Source: Lama glama
Lineage: Eukaryota
DNA length: 64,000 bases
Reading direction: 5' to 3'
Assembly (NCBI GenBank): GCA_028534125.1
Contig: CM052837.1
Location: 10,292,001-10,356,000, forward strand
Both the position numbers and the translations under genes were made by a program. Below are positions 50,431-63,968 of the stretch, one piece after another. How positions within the stretch are numbered: the stretch's first letter is position 1; every line of letters starts with the position of its first letter. The notes under the pieces were generated by a model. The model searched no databases. It was not told the origin of the DNA and saw only the letters and a list, made by a program, of their open reading frames with translations.

Positions 50431-52283
50431 TTCCCTGACTACCCTGTAGGTGCTTCTAGGTAACCTATTGATGGATATGGTAGCCTGACCCATAGTGCTT
50501 TATTAAGATCTTACCTTTTAAAAACATTTATGTGTTTACTCATTTGTTTTATGCTTTTGCTACCCAAGAGTGATATTCACAAGGTTTAACGAGATAGTTC
50601 ATCTCTCCAGGAAGGTAGCCCAGTGTCTGCTGCAGGCTTGGTACTTACTGAATAAATGAATGAAATTAGTCCTAATGAAATTACTGAGAGGTAGAGGGAG
50701 TGGCCACTGTGTTGATAAAGATTCTTAAACTCTTCTGCCTGTGTTGGACAAAACAGCATCCTTTATGTGCTGAGGAATTGATGAAGCACTATCACGGTGA
50801 TGTAAAAAAAAAGGTTCTCCTCTAAGCTTTCAAGGAGCACTGGTGATGCAGCAGTGCCGGCTTGATTTAGTCCCTTTCCTCTAAGCAAGCATCGTCTAGG
50901 TTGCCCGCCTGCTAGCTTTCTGCAGGCTTTCTTGATTGATTGAGTCGTTCCCTGCTTGATTCCTAGAAGGATTTCAGGTGCCAAGTTGGCACTTGATCCG
51001 AGGTTAATTATATCTCCTGTAACCTAGAATCTCTCACGTAGTCTTGCTTTCTGAAAATATTGCTTTGCTGGGATTACTAATATAACATGTAGTAAAATAG
51101 AAATGAGTTGTCAGTCACCTCTGAGATGGTAATGTATTCTCCAGCTTTCTATTCAAATACATTTCTTTGGGCTTGTTTCTTTGAGGTCTGTTATTAGGTA
51201 TTCTCAAAAGGACTGCCTCCACTTAATGCTTCTCGAAAATTAAATTGGAGATGTGTTCAGAGATGTGTCTGCCATAAATTACCATCCCCCCTCAAAGGTT
51301 CCCGGCAATTCTTGGCTACATCTTCAGGTGAAAAGAACTCCCTGCACTGTTGATGGGCTGAGGAGTGTAATTCCTATAAACAGCGCTGCTGAAAAGCACT
51401 TGATTCGTGGCTCAGAGGTGAAACTGTCGTGACTTTCTAATTCGGGAGATTGGCTCAGTCCAGGGGCCAGGACCAGGATTTTGTTCACCATGATCACCAA
51501 GCTTCTCCTCCCCCTTAGACATGGTATCTTGGATTCTGTGACTTTCTTGTTACTTGGAATGGATCCTTTAAATACACAACATATTCTCATTTATTTTCCC
51601 TGCCAGTGTAAAGCTGTCAGATTTTCTTTTCACAGGTTGTTCACTCATTTATTTATCAATCTATTGAATAAACAAGTGTTTCCTACATGATGTATATTGG
51701 GAGGATCCAAAGTAGGCAAGCCCAGCCCTGTCACTTAAGGTGCTTCTGGTTGAGTAAGGGAGGTAGGCAGATGAGTAAATAAGGATGTTCCTGACTTCCT
51801 TCACTGTGGGGGGTATGCAGGCAGAAGCAGCTTCCGTGGGAAGGTTTCAGTTGGATTGAGTCCTTCCAGGCAAAGCCTTCCAAAGACCCGGAAGGGGCCA
51901 CACCAGGTGGAGCCAGCAGCCTAAGGGAAGCCATGGAGTCAATAGGGAGGGGCCCCCAGGAAAATTGCCCCACCCACCCAGATGCCTTTCTACAGGAGTT
52001 TTTCTTTGCTTTATCACCATTGCTCAGGCCTTGGATATAAAGCTGGTTTATGCAAAGTAATTACCAGGGTCTTTTTGGTTTAGGCACCAGCATCTTGTTT
52101 GAGGCTGTACATTTTAAAATGCTTTTTTAGATGGATGGGTGGGTTGTTTGTGCCTGCTCAGCCCACCTGCTGAAGGCCTTGCTGCTCTTGGCGAGTCAGG
52201 TCGACACCCAGCCTACTTCACAGGTGGACAAAGAGGTTGGATGGCCAGAGAGAGATAGGGGTGGCTGGTATTTGGAAATTGCG

Positions 52284-52287
<4 letters not shown>

Positions 52288-52346
<59 letters not shown>

Positions 52347-52364
52347 TAAAGAGAAAGAGAGAGA
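52288..52364. repeat. compound (TG)n(AG)n microsatellite
   Basis: TG run followed directly by an AG/AAAG run. Confidence 0.95.
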
Positions 52365-52519
52365 AGTGGTAAAGGCAGAGGGGGCACTCACCTTGCTGGC
52401 ATGTGTTGGAAAGACAGGAATCCAAGATAATTCCCAAGGTCCCAGCTCTGGTGATTGGCTGAGTGGTGGGTCACTCACCAAAATTCCCAATGGATGAGGA
52501 GCTGAAGCAGGTTTGTGAG

Positions 52520-52960
52520 GACATACAAGGAATTCAGTCATGGACAGACATGAGGACTTTGAGGTGCCTAAAGGCAGGTTGGTGGATCTGTCTGGATGCA
52601 GGGAATTGGGGTATCTGTCCAGAGCTTAGAGGTGATATCTGAACTAAAAGTGGAGATTTTAAAGTCATCTACAAGGGAGCTGTGGCTGATGGCAGTGAAT
52701 GGACACAGTGCAGTGAGAAAAAGTAGAGCAAATGATGCTGTATATTGGCTTTCACAATCGTGTAAGGGGAGGGCAATGAAATGGGCCTGAAAATTGATCT
52801 CTACGTGGGAGGCACAAACCCAGGAGAAGGAAGGGTGCGGGAGGTGGGAGACAGCCCACTCGTCCATTCCCAGTGCTACCGAGAGGCCAGGAAAGATGAG
52901 GACCAGATCCCACCGCTTTTGGTCAATAGGGAATCACAGTTACCCCTACTGTAAGAGAAA
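52520..52960 (-). mobile_element. L2 LINE fragment
   Basis: TTTGAGGTGCC...GGCAGGTTGG...GTGGAGATTTTAAAGTCATC...GGAAAGATGAGGAC. Confidence 0.6.
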
Positions 52961-55164
52961 TATCAAGGGGCCAGTGGATGGCAGAGGATGAGGTGTCCCC
53001 AGAGAAGGCTGTGCTTCTGTGGCGCTTGATGATAAAAGGGAGGACAAGTGGAGTGATGACCAGATGGGGCTTTGGAGAAAACCAAGAATTCAGTTTATAA
53101 CGTAAAAGGAAGTTGAGCATGTGAGTGCCTGTAGCTCACCACTTGACCTCTGCAGCAGCGTGCATCCAATCCGTGGTCATGGACGGTGGCTGTGTTCTTC
53201 ACTGAGTTGCTTATGCATTAATATTTTCCCCTTTTCTTCTTAGCCTTGCTTGAATCTGAGATCAACTCTGCATTCAGGGCAATTTGTTTTCAGAAGTACT
53301 CTCTCCTCTTTCCTCTTCCTTGCTCCAAGATCAAACTGTGAAATAAGAGAAGTCTTCATCAGTGGCTTTTTTTAGCGACCATTCTCCCTTTATGTAACAT
53401 TCTCACCCAAACCTTCTGCCTCCCGCTGCCTCACGCCTTGGAGTAAGTTCCTCTCTCCCCTTTCTTCCTCTGCCCACGCTTCACTCCAAAATAAAAACTT
53501 ATCTTTCCTGGGGCCCCTTTCGCACTATTTGCACCATAATAGATAAACACGTTTATTTTGTATGCAATGCCATGGCTTAATAATAGCAGGGTGTGGTTTT
53601 TATCTTCACCTTGGTCCTCAAAGCCTTGAGCCAAAGTGGTTTATTGCAGGAGTTTCAAACCCAACAACAGACCCAGTAGAGGAAGTTTTGGGGTACAGTT
53701 CTCTGTGCCTTAGCATGAGCCAGGCTCTTTGAGCTGTCACGGGGGAGCTGTTTGGAAGTTGGAGGAGGAAGCTAGGCTGGAGAAGGAAGTTCCTTAAGGT
53801 AAATTCTCTGACGGCTCCTTCCTAAATTTCTTCAAGCTGATGCTTTTGCATTTGCTTGCATCTTGGGTATGGGGAGACACCCCCTCCTTTCCTGATTTGC
53901 ATCAGCATCTGTTTGCAAATTCATGTGTTTAGTTAGGATTATGGAGAAATGAACTATGTAGTCCTATTGATATTTTTCTCAGGGCAATTTTTGACTGATG
54001 CCCATATGGTCTTCAGGAGTGTCTTGATAAGAGTCTTTGGAGATTAAGAGAAAGGGGATGCTTTATTTCAGCCTCTCCTGGAGACTCAGTAAGACATTCA
54101 GGAGTTAGTCCCTTGGCTTTCCCCCCAAAATCCTGGTCTTTCCAGTATTCCCTACACTGCCATGTATGGCACCAAGAAAGGAGGCTTCAGGCACAGTGCC
54201 AGAAAACATCCACTCAGTGTAGTGAACCCTTCATAGTCTGCACAGGGTCTAGCTTGCGGTGTTCTTGAAGTCACCTTTAATACTAATGATGGTGGCAAGA
54301 GCAAAAACTTCATATAAGCCTTGTTCCAGGAAAAACAAAGGAATGGCTTCATGGCAACTTTTTTCTTCCTATTGGAAGAATTGAAAGTTAAGTGAGTTTT
54401 AAACTTAGAGCGTAAGTGCTCACACCTTTAACAGCCTAGGATTTCACTTTGATTTGCGAGGACATCTGGTGTGTATTCCAAATGGATGGAAGAGCAGTTT
54501 GATAGCCATCTGTCCCCAAGAAATGTAGGTTGGCGGCAAGATTGAAGCCAAAATGATGCCTGCTTGGTCAAAGAGTTGCAAATAATTTCTAGCACATATA
54601 GTCTTCTATAAAGAAGCAAGACAGCAGTGGAGATCTTACAGAAATGTTCAGAAGTACTTGAATAACCCAAAGGGGTTTGACTGCAGGCAAGCTAGCATGT
54701 AACTTCTACAAATAAGTGATTCATTCAGCACAAACCGCATACTGTGAGCTCTAATACAGCTCAACCAGGAACACTCTTAAGGTCTTCCACTGGCCTTATT
54801 CTAAAATTACTCATTTCCAGAGTCCACATTTCAAGGTACATCTTGGTGAATAGACCAGGAGATCCGAGGACCAGTCTGGGGCCTTTATTCACCTGTAGAT
54901 CCTTTTACATCCTTACTTAGTGATTGGTCATTGAAAGCTTTAAGACCTGAGACTTACCTGCATGGCTGTGTTCCCTTGCTACCTGGCTCCAGGTAAGTTT
55001 TACCCCTTGGGTTTAATTGCTTTTCTCTCTGCTTTATGATGATGGGTGATGGGATAATGCTAGAATTAAGCTGAGTCTTTGAACCTCTTTCATATGTAAC
55101 ACATGAGGAATAAGAAGAGGGACTTGCAGTGATGGATGGAGTCATGCATATGTTGGCCCAAATA

Positions 55165-55504
55165 TAGTCATCCCTCTGTATCCACCGGGGATTGATTCCA
55201 GGACCTCCCGTGGGTACCAAAATTAGAGGATGCTCATATTTCATATAAAACAGGGTAGTGTATTTATATAACCTCCACACATCCTCCTGTTTACTTTAAA
55301 TCGTCTCTAGATATACTACCTAACACAATGTAAATGCTGTATAAATAGTTATAAATACAATGTAAATGCTATTTGAATAGTTGCCAGCATACAGCAAATC
55401 CAAGTTTTGCTTTTTGGAACTTTCTGTAATTTTTTTCTGAATATCTTTGATCAGTGATTGGTTGGATGTGCAGGAATAGAACTGCGGATATGGAAGGCTG
55501 ACTG
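55165..55504. mobile_element. Tigger3a/MER7-type TcMar element
   Basis: TA|TAGTCATCCCTCTGTATCC...GGATATGGAAGGCTGACTG|TA, with internal GATTCCAGGACC and TAAATCGTCTCTAGAT. Confidence 0.85.
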
Positions 55505-56249
55505 TATGTAATTTCAACAAAGTTGAAATCAAAACGGTGGCTTGGATGTGAGCAGAGAACAGGGAAGGACAAGGCACTTCCTGTGATGCCTTTTGTTGTT
55601 TCGCAAAGTAGGAACCGGGTTTATCTCTGGGATGCGTCTGCCCAACAGTAGTACCTTTTAACTGCAGAACCCTCACCTTCTTCTAGTTCTCATGTTGAAG
55701 CTAACACTGGAGTGTTTCTCTGCCCTGCTTTGATCGTATTCCCCCACTGGGATCTTAACACAGCTGAGGCAGGTTGGCAGTTTAGGATCTGGGTGGTGAT
55801 GTGGAAGGATTTCACCCTGACCTTGATTTAAAGCCTTTCTGGGTTGGCAATGACCTGAGTACATACCCTGAACAAGCTTTTTGGAAATCTGTCATGGGGA
55901 GGTTTCAGTTAAGAGGCCACATGTCTCTTGTGACAAAACGCTCATCAGTGATGGATCACTGGCTTTTGTTGGAGTCACATTTTCTGCGGTTTCTTGAGTG
56001 AAGTTCCTTTGAGATTCTCAGTTGTTTTTTTTTTTTTTAACATGGCTCAGTTTCTGTGCATTAGCACAGAAGTCCCTGCCACAGCTCCACGAGGCATCAG
56101 TAATGTAAAATCACATTCAAACAGAGCAGCACTTTCTTTCATTTATATCTGCTTAGAGGAAACAATGAAAATACTGCTTCCTGTAACTAGCATGGGCTTT
56201 GGCTTATCTGGTGGGTTTGTGCGTGACCCACCCCCACCCTGGGCACACA

Positions 56250-56555
56250 CCTGGAGAGCAGTGTGCCAGAGCCAACCAACTTTCGGCCATTTTTAAAAAT
56301 TCAGTTATGTAAATACACAATTAAAACAAATTTTATTTGCAAAAGTAATAAACAGTCAAAACTCACCACTTACTCCTTAGTTTACCACACTTTACTGTAA
56401 TCTATGCTCCTGGGGTTATTTACATCTATTGTATGTATCAGGGAAAGACTGTGCAAGGGACTGTTACTGCACATCCATTCCCACATCTGGAGGTAGCAGT
56501 GTCAGGAACTTATTTTTGAGAGCCAGTTGCTAAACACTTACCAGCACACCACTGT
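56250..56555 (+). mobile_element. MER63-like hAT element
   Basis: Ends GAGAGCCAGTTGCTAAACACTTACCAGCACACCACTG. Confidence 0.7.
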
Positions 56556-58611
56556 AAATGTACACACAAATACATACACTGGCTCTCTTTTATGTACATC
56601 CAAATCCTTTCCATAACCATGCAGAATAGGCATTCGTTTTTCTATTTTCTAAATAAGAAACAGAGGCTTAGGGAGTATAAGTGACTTGCCCAAGGGACTG
56701 TTCGCATTCTTCCATTCTCCTAGCTCCCCAAAGTTCAAAAGAAGTAAGAAGTAGGGGATGATTAGGGGAGACAGAAGCTGTGTTGGATTCAAAGTAAAGT
56801 GCAGGAATGGGAAGGGCAGGAGCACACCACGTGGAAATCTAGGGGAACAGCACGCGGGGCAGCAGGTACAGCCAGTGCAAGGGCTAGCAGGAGGGGGCAA
56901 ACTTGCTGTTTCTGAGGACAGCAAAGGTACTACGGGGGCTGGAGTAGAGAGAGGGGTGGGGGGGACTTGAAAAGGAAAGAGAAGGAGGGCTAGACTACTA
57001 TCAACCTTTATGAAACCAGGCAAGTAACTTTCCACTCTGCCTTATTTTTCTGATCTATAGAATGGGTCACTTCCTACTTAAGGTGAATGCTGATGTATGT
57101 GAACTTGATATGTGTCAGATAAGTCATTGTTAATAAAGCTAAGCCAACACTATGATTCTATCAGTGCTCTTTTCTGTTGACTTAAATGTAATTTCAAGGA
57201 GGAATAATTTTTTTTGCCATTTTTAGCAGCTGCACTGCGAATGATTCGGAAACACTTAAATACACCCCTGTTTAAACCTATGTAAAATCCACAGTGCAAT
57301 GCAGCTTCAATTCCTTTTCCATCAAAGTTGGAAAGACCAGTTTTTTCACTTCCCTTCTAGCTAGGCATGGCCATCTGAAGTTGTTGAATGGGCTTCTGGA
57401 AAAGCCTTTAAAAAGCAGGATAGACTCACTAGGCGTACCCCCTAATCCTACTGTCTTTTCTTTCTCTTTTTTTCATTCTGCTGGAAGGCGGCCGTGGTCC
57501 CTGAAAGTAGGTCAGCAGTCTTTCAGTCATGATGTGACAAGCATCATGACAAAGCCTATGTACTAGGAATGGAGGATGGACGGATGGGAAGAGCAGAGTC
57601 CTTTGGACCACTGTGACCAACAGGCAGGTTGCGTGGGTCAGTCCGTTTTAGGACACTGTTCTTCTGACCTTTAGGCTGCCCCTAAAAGTTGCCGTTTGGG
57701 AATTTTGACACTATCTACTGACGTGCTACTTTTTCTAACAATAATTTTGGTGGTTGATTTGACATACTGGACATACTCTTGCAAGCAACAACATGTGATC
57801 ATATTTACCAAGATTTTATTGATTTCCAGCTTCTTCAAAGTTACTGCCAGAAAGTTTTTACCAATTGAAATACTTTGCTCTGATACTCCTTGGACTTTTA
57901 TTTTTTTCCTATTAAGATATTAATCTCATGTCATTCTAGTCTGGAGCAATTCTTTATAAAATGAAACATTTTCATCATTTCCATATCTGGAGAGAATAGT
58001 CTTTTTTACTTGGAAACTTGATACTTTTCCAAGGAGATGTTGTCAAAGGGGAATAGAGAGATTTGGAAAAGAATTTGATAAACTTGAAAAGTTGACAAAA
58101 TAGATGCTGTGCTTCAGTTGAGTGAGCACATTTTATCACAGCCATTTTGAAGCTATAACATTGAAATTCTTTGCTCACTGTCATTCATCACCAAACTTTT
58201 TGTTTGTTTGCAATTTATTGTGGTAATCGTAGAAATAATATGTGAAGATACTAAGGCACAGTGATAATTTAAATAACACAAATATGGTTATGTGTTAATT
58301 TGTCAACTTGGAGGAGAAAAATGAATGCAATCTGTTTAATTATAGAAGAATTTTTTTATATCCTTTCCTAGAGTAATTTGTAAGTGTTAGGAATTCTCTT
58401 AATGACTGTAGGATACAGACTGAAAAATATCTAGGGATTATGATATTTAGGGACTATGATATTTAGCTAAACCTGTAACTTTGTGTGATTTGAAAGCCTG
58501 AAGATATAATAAAAGCTAAAGTGAATCTAGTATAATATGAAGACTTTCTGAAATTAAAGAAAATGTGCATTTGATGCTAAACTGCATTAGTTCTATTTAA
58601 CAGGCAGTATT

Positions 58612-59057
58612 TCTTTCTTTATTTTTAAATTGAAGTATAGTCAGTTTACAATATGTCAATTTCTGGTGCACAGCATAATGTTTTAGTCATATACATACAT
58701 ACACATATTTACTTTCATATTCTTTTTCATTATAGGTTACTACACGATATTGAATATAGTTCCCTGTACTATACAGTATAAACTTGTTATCTATTTTATA
58801 TATAGTAGTTAGTATCTGCAAATCCTGGACTCCCAATTTACCCCATCCCACCCCCTTTCCCCACCACCCAGTAACCGTAAGTTTGTTTTCTGTGTCTGTG
58901 AGTCTGTTTTGTAAATAAGTTCATTTGTATCTTTTTTTTTTTTACATTTCACATATAAGTGATATCATATGGTATTTTTCTTTCTCTTTATGGCTTACTT
59001 CACTTATAATGACGATCTCTAGGTCCATCCATGTTGTAGAAAATGGCATTCGAATTA
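58612..59057 (-). mobile_element. L1 3' end running into the N gap 59058-59190
   Basis: TTGAAGTATAGTCAGTTTACAA...GGCTTACTTCACTTATAATGACGATCTCTAGGTCCATCCATGTTG. Confidence 0.9.
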
Positions 59058-59339
59058 NNNNNNNNNNNNNNNNNNNNNNNNNNNNNNNNNNNNNNNNNNN
59101 NNNNNNNNNNNNNNNNNNNNNNNNNNNNNNNNNNNNNNNNNNNNNNNNNNNNNNNNNNNNNNNNNNNNNNNNNNNNNNNNNNNNNNNNNNTTGATCAATC
59201 TATTGTTTTATTCATTTGTAAAAAATATGAGAGTTTAGATAAGGAGGACTTTGAAATTCCAAGCAGTGGTATGCCTGCATGTCTTTTAGTTTCCTCCCTT
59301 GCTTCCTGCCTGCTTTCCACTTCACAGAGAATGTGGTCC

Positions 59340-60060
59340 CTTCTGTGACTGACTTCTCTGCTCCCTGAGGCTCATATATTAATAACGTCAACCTCCTGCA
59401 AACCGTGAACCTTTGATCTCATGCATCCCACCTGATCTAGGACTTTGCAGCTCCAGGTGAGCCCTGTATTTTATTGGTATATTCAGTGTTTCTCTTTCTT
59501 TCCTTCTTGTCCTCGACCCACAGACACTATAAAGTCTCCCCACTACTTGCCTTTCCTCTCAAGCAACTGCCTTCTCCACTCCTTTTCTTCCAAACATCTT
59601 AAACTGCCCTTGTATTCTCACATTTTCTCATTCCCTCTTCTAGCATTTCATCTGCAATCCCACCAGTGGCAGAGTTCTTATCAAATGTGATAAAATAACA
59701 TTAAAAATCCAACAAGATCATTTTAATTCTCAGTCCACCTGACCTCTCAAGAGTCTCCATCATTATCTTCCTTCTCACTCTCTCCCCACCTCACCGTTCC
59801 CTTGTGGTTTTCTTCAGTCTCTTTGAGGAGATTTTTCTCTGCCTTTTTCCATGGGTTACTCTTTTCCTCCATAATTGTGTACAGCCCGACGGCTCTCACA
59901 GTAGCTTTGCAATGTGTACCACCACATCTATGTCTCCAACTCCCTCTCCCCAAGCATCAAAGCTAAATTCCCAGCTTGTGTTGGATGTCTCCATCTGGGT
60001 GATAGCTTAAAAATATATCCAAGACTGGATATATTTTCCATCCCCATCTCATCTTTGATG
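59340..60060 (+). mobile_element. L2 LINE fragment
   Basis: TTCTCAGTCCACCTGACCTCTC...TGTTGGATGTCTCCATCTGGGTG. Confidence 0.6.
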
Positions 60061-63000
60061 CTACTCGCCAGTCCCCAGTCCTGGATCTCAGCAGTAGCAG
60101 CCCCAAAGCAAAACATTAAGCGAGCTTTCGTATCATCATGTCGAAATACAACCGGAGCATCAGGAATAGTCCTTTTAATTAAAGTTGAAACTGGCAGAAA
60201 CCTGTGCTATCCATATTTTCGGTCTAGTCTAAGACGCTTGTGGTTGGTTGTGTCATTGTAGGTTACTGAGGGGACACTAGTTTCTGCTATTTAATTTTAT
60301 TTTTTACCTTTTCACGAGACTTATATTATGAATGCTTTGATTCATGCATTGAATGGCAATTGACATAGTTAGAAGAATTTTATAGGTGGAAGATTTTTAG
60401 CATGATTAAATCTGTTAAACGAGAAGATGAAAGCTGTTTTGGCCTTCAGGATTTTTGAGGGTATCATGTTAAATGAGACCCAACTGACAGAATGTTTCTA
60501 ACTCTTCCTTCTTACAAAGAGTTATAACATTGTATTATAAAAAAATCAATTAATTAATTAAAAATCGAGCCCCAGAATTAATAAATTTAGACTTGATTTA
60601 GGTTGTCACACATGCACTCAGTCCTGTGAAATAAATATCATGTCTTAAACACAATGTTCTGTAACGTAACCTAGTAGGGAAGAAAGCAAAGATAGACTCC
60701 TTTCCTGAAGATGAAGATTACTTTCTTGAGAGTTATTTAAGCAATAATAGAATCTGGGATACTGAGATGGAGAGGTTCTCAGAGCTCCTGGCCTCTTGCT
60801 TAGAATTCATGAAACAGAAGATCAGACCATGACACAATGCTTAGAGGCAGAAACAGAAGAAGAACCTGTCGCCTAAGTTGGTACTTCAGGATGGGGTAAG
60901 GGCAGGCATTTATGTGGACTTGGAATAATAGTATGTACATATACACACACACACATATGTGTGTATATATGTATATACATATGTATAATGATTCTTTAGT
61001 TGGATATATTGGTGCTTCTTATGTCAGTACTATGATTTGTCCCATTTTCACAGTTTGGCCAAAAACAGGGAAAAAGTAGACAACTGTGCTTACTTTAGCT
61101 TTGTAAGTAATGATTGTGGCTGGATGCCTCCTTGGAGACCGTGCACTCATCATAGAAGTCAGCACACTGAACTCACCTTCTAGCTTATCGTCAGGCTTCC
61201 TGCTGGACTTTTCCTCTTGAGAGCAGGTTCTGTTTCTTTATTACTGAATCTACCATGCCTGATGCAAAGTTCCCAGGAAAGACTCGAATGACATCGAGGA
61301 GGCTGTTGGACATAAGCTTCTTGGTTTGGAGTATTTTTCCTATAAAGAAACTACAGATTCGTGGGTTGCCATGACTCAGATCCAGAACTAGTAAAAGGAA
61401 AACAAGGATTGCAATCTAGGCTTGTGTGACCTTAAAATCCCATATTCTTTATCTCTGTGGGGCATTTTTTTCCTACTTAAAAAACGTTTTAATTGATTTC
61501 AATATATCAATATATCAAGGTCTAGCCTTCATACTACTTAACTACAGCATCCTGATTTAAGGACATACGACATGTGATACCTGCTGTAACTTCCTTGCTT
61601 CTCCAGTCTTCATAACAAGCAAAGTCAGCATCCTCTTAATTTCCCACTCTTATGAGAGCCCTCTTTGGGGGCACGTCATATTTACACCTGACCCAGATAA
61701 GATTTTCTAAAATCTCTCTGCTTCTTTACACCTTCATTTAGACAATTGTCCTTTGTATCACTGGTAAATTCATGAAGGATGATGTGCACCCGTCTCCCGG
61801 GCTTAACCAATTCTGCTCCTAAAAGCCAAAATTGACAGTGATGCCATCTGTTTTATTAATGTAGTCCATTAAGATTTAATATTCTGAAAAGAAGGCATTT
61901 CATTTGCCAAATGCTCTACAGTTGTCTTTGTAAGTATCAGTGATAGCTGCCAATTTAAAGGAGAACTTTATGTTGTCCCTTTCAATTCTTAGCTTTATTT
62001 CTGAGGGTGTACTGTTAGGCACTGTCCATTTCAAACAAAAAGACACAAAGTCTGAGACTTCTGTCAATAAAGGAAAAATCATCATCATCATAAGTAAAAG
62101 AACAAACATATTAGGGTTTTGATGATGTATCAGAAGACTAAGTCATAACATATTCTATGATTATAACCTTTGACGTACATGATTTATGGATGGAATACAC
62201 TCAAAGGAAATTAAATCTCTATCTGCTTAACATTCAAACTGTTATAGCATGTGCAAAGGCTTGTTCAGAGAAAGCTAATATTCAGTGTTTGGAGACTAAC
62301 CATCTCCAAAGGAGTATGTTTATAAATGATATAATGGATGGGAAGAAAATAACCAAGATGTGTAGTTGTACATATATTTTTAACCTAAATAGAGAAATTG
62401 ATTTTTCTGGTGTTAAAAATACAGATTAGCACTCATACAAATACACATTTCTAAATAAGTGTAGATGTGTGGATGGCATGTGCCCAGTTTTATTTGATGA
62501 AGTCTGTATGGCATAAACATCTCAGCATCCCCCAGGACCTGGATAACATTTTGCTTTTGATTGAGAAAATGTTATTTTAGATTCCAACTGGAAGTAAAGT
62601 TAGCGGCAGAATGAATAAACTTTACTTTGAATAGCAGGGCTGAAGAAGCATAAGATGAGCTATTTTCTTGGGTAAATATTGACCTTTCTAAATTGCACCC
62701 TGTATGTCCTATTTCTTTCTGAGCTAATTTTCCTGATTTGATTTAGTGTTTGGGGAGGATGAACCAGAGGTGAAAAGTTTTCTAGAAGAGTTATTTAATG
62801 TGTTTTTTTTCATCTGATTTTGCCCCCTGCTAACAGTAACTCACTAGGAGCTCCCCACAATTCCAGAAGAGTCATTGTTAGTATTTTGATAGCTTGAGCT
62901 CCAGACCATGCAGACAATGTGCCTGGTTATGTCAGTCACCCCATGAGAGAGTCTCTTACAAACGTTGCTAGTGAGAGCTGGAAGTCTGGTTTAGTTTGTG

Positions 63001-63654
63001 GAAACATGCATTTTACTGTAGAATATATGTATTGGAATGGATATCAAGTACAAATTCTTATACATATTCGGAATTCATGCTTTTTTTGTGCTTTGAGCTA
63101 GTAGGAAAGAGAGTATCATCATTATAATATTTTTGATAAAGATGCATGGATATGGTTGCCTTTTGCTGCTAATTGAAAACAAAGCTCTTTAGCAGATAAT
63201 CATAAGTGTGTTTAGTTGTAATAATGAAATGGCTTTAAGGGGCTACTATTAATTTTATCTGCAGTATTAATTATAGTATAAATCTAATTAAAAGAAACTA
63301 TGTAAAAGTGGAGATGCATACGTATATATATAAAGAATATAGATAAATTGGGAATATATATATATATATATGCACAAAAAGTAGGGACTTTCCAATCCCT
63401 CCCTTCACTAATATCATGTTCTTAGAACTGACATAATTATAATCTATTAATTTAATGTCATAGCAGCTGAAATACTAATAGAATTTAGTGAACTATCTTA
63501 TCTGATTCCAGAATGTACCTGGAAAAGAACTTGCTCCAAAAAATGGGGACAATATGAATAAAAGGTAGTAGTGAAGAGAATTAGCCAGATATCCAAATTT
63601 ACTATAATAATTTAAAAAGTGAGGTAAAAGAAAATTTAACTGTATTATTTAGGG

Positions 63655-63766
63655 ATATATATATATATATATATATACATATATGTATATACACACACAT
63701 ATATAGACACACATACACACACATTCATGTGAATGTATGCATGTGTTCTCATGTGTGTGTGTGTGT
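63655..63766. repeat. (AT)/(AC)/(TG) low-complexity tract
   Basis: Alternating purine-pyrimidine dinucleotide runs. Confidence 0.9.
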
Positions 63767-63968
63767 ATCAGGCTATTGGTTACATGTAGAGGAGGAAAGG
63801 TTATGAAAAGGAAAGAACATGTGACTTAAAGGGACTTATAATGTCGCCTATTGGAACTTGAATGATTACCTCAGCATTTACTTTTCATACTGTTCATTAA
63901 ACTGCATATGTGTATTGAATGCTCTTTTGTGTGTATTTTATATTTCACAATAGGAAAAAAATATGGTA

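Noticed and set aside
60930-60990. Quasi-palindromic AT/AC/GT tract
   Set aside because: Self-complementarity is intrinsic to alternating purine-pyrimidine simple repeats.
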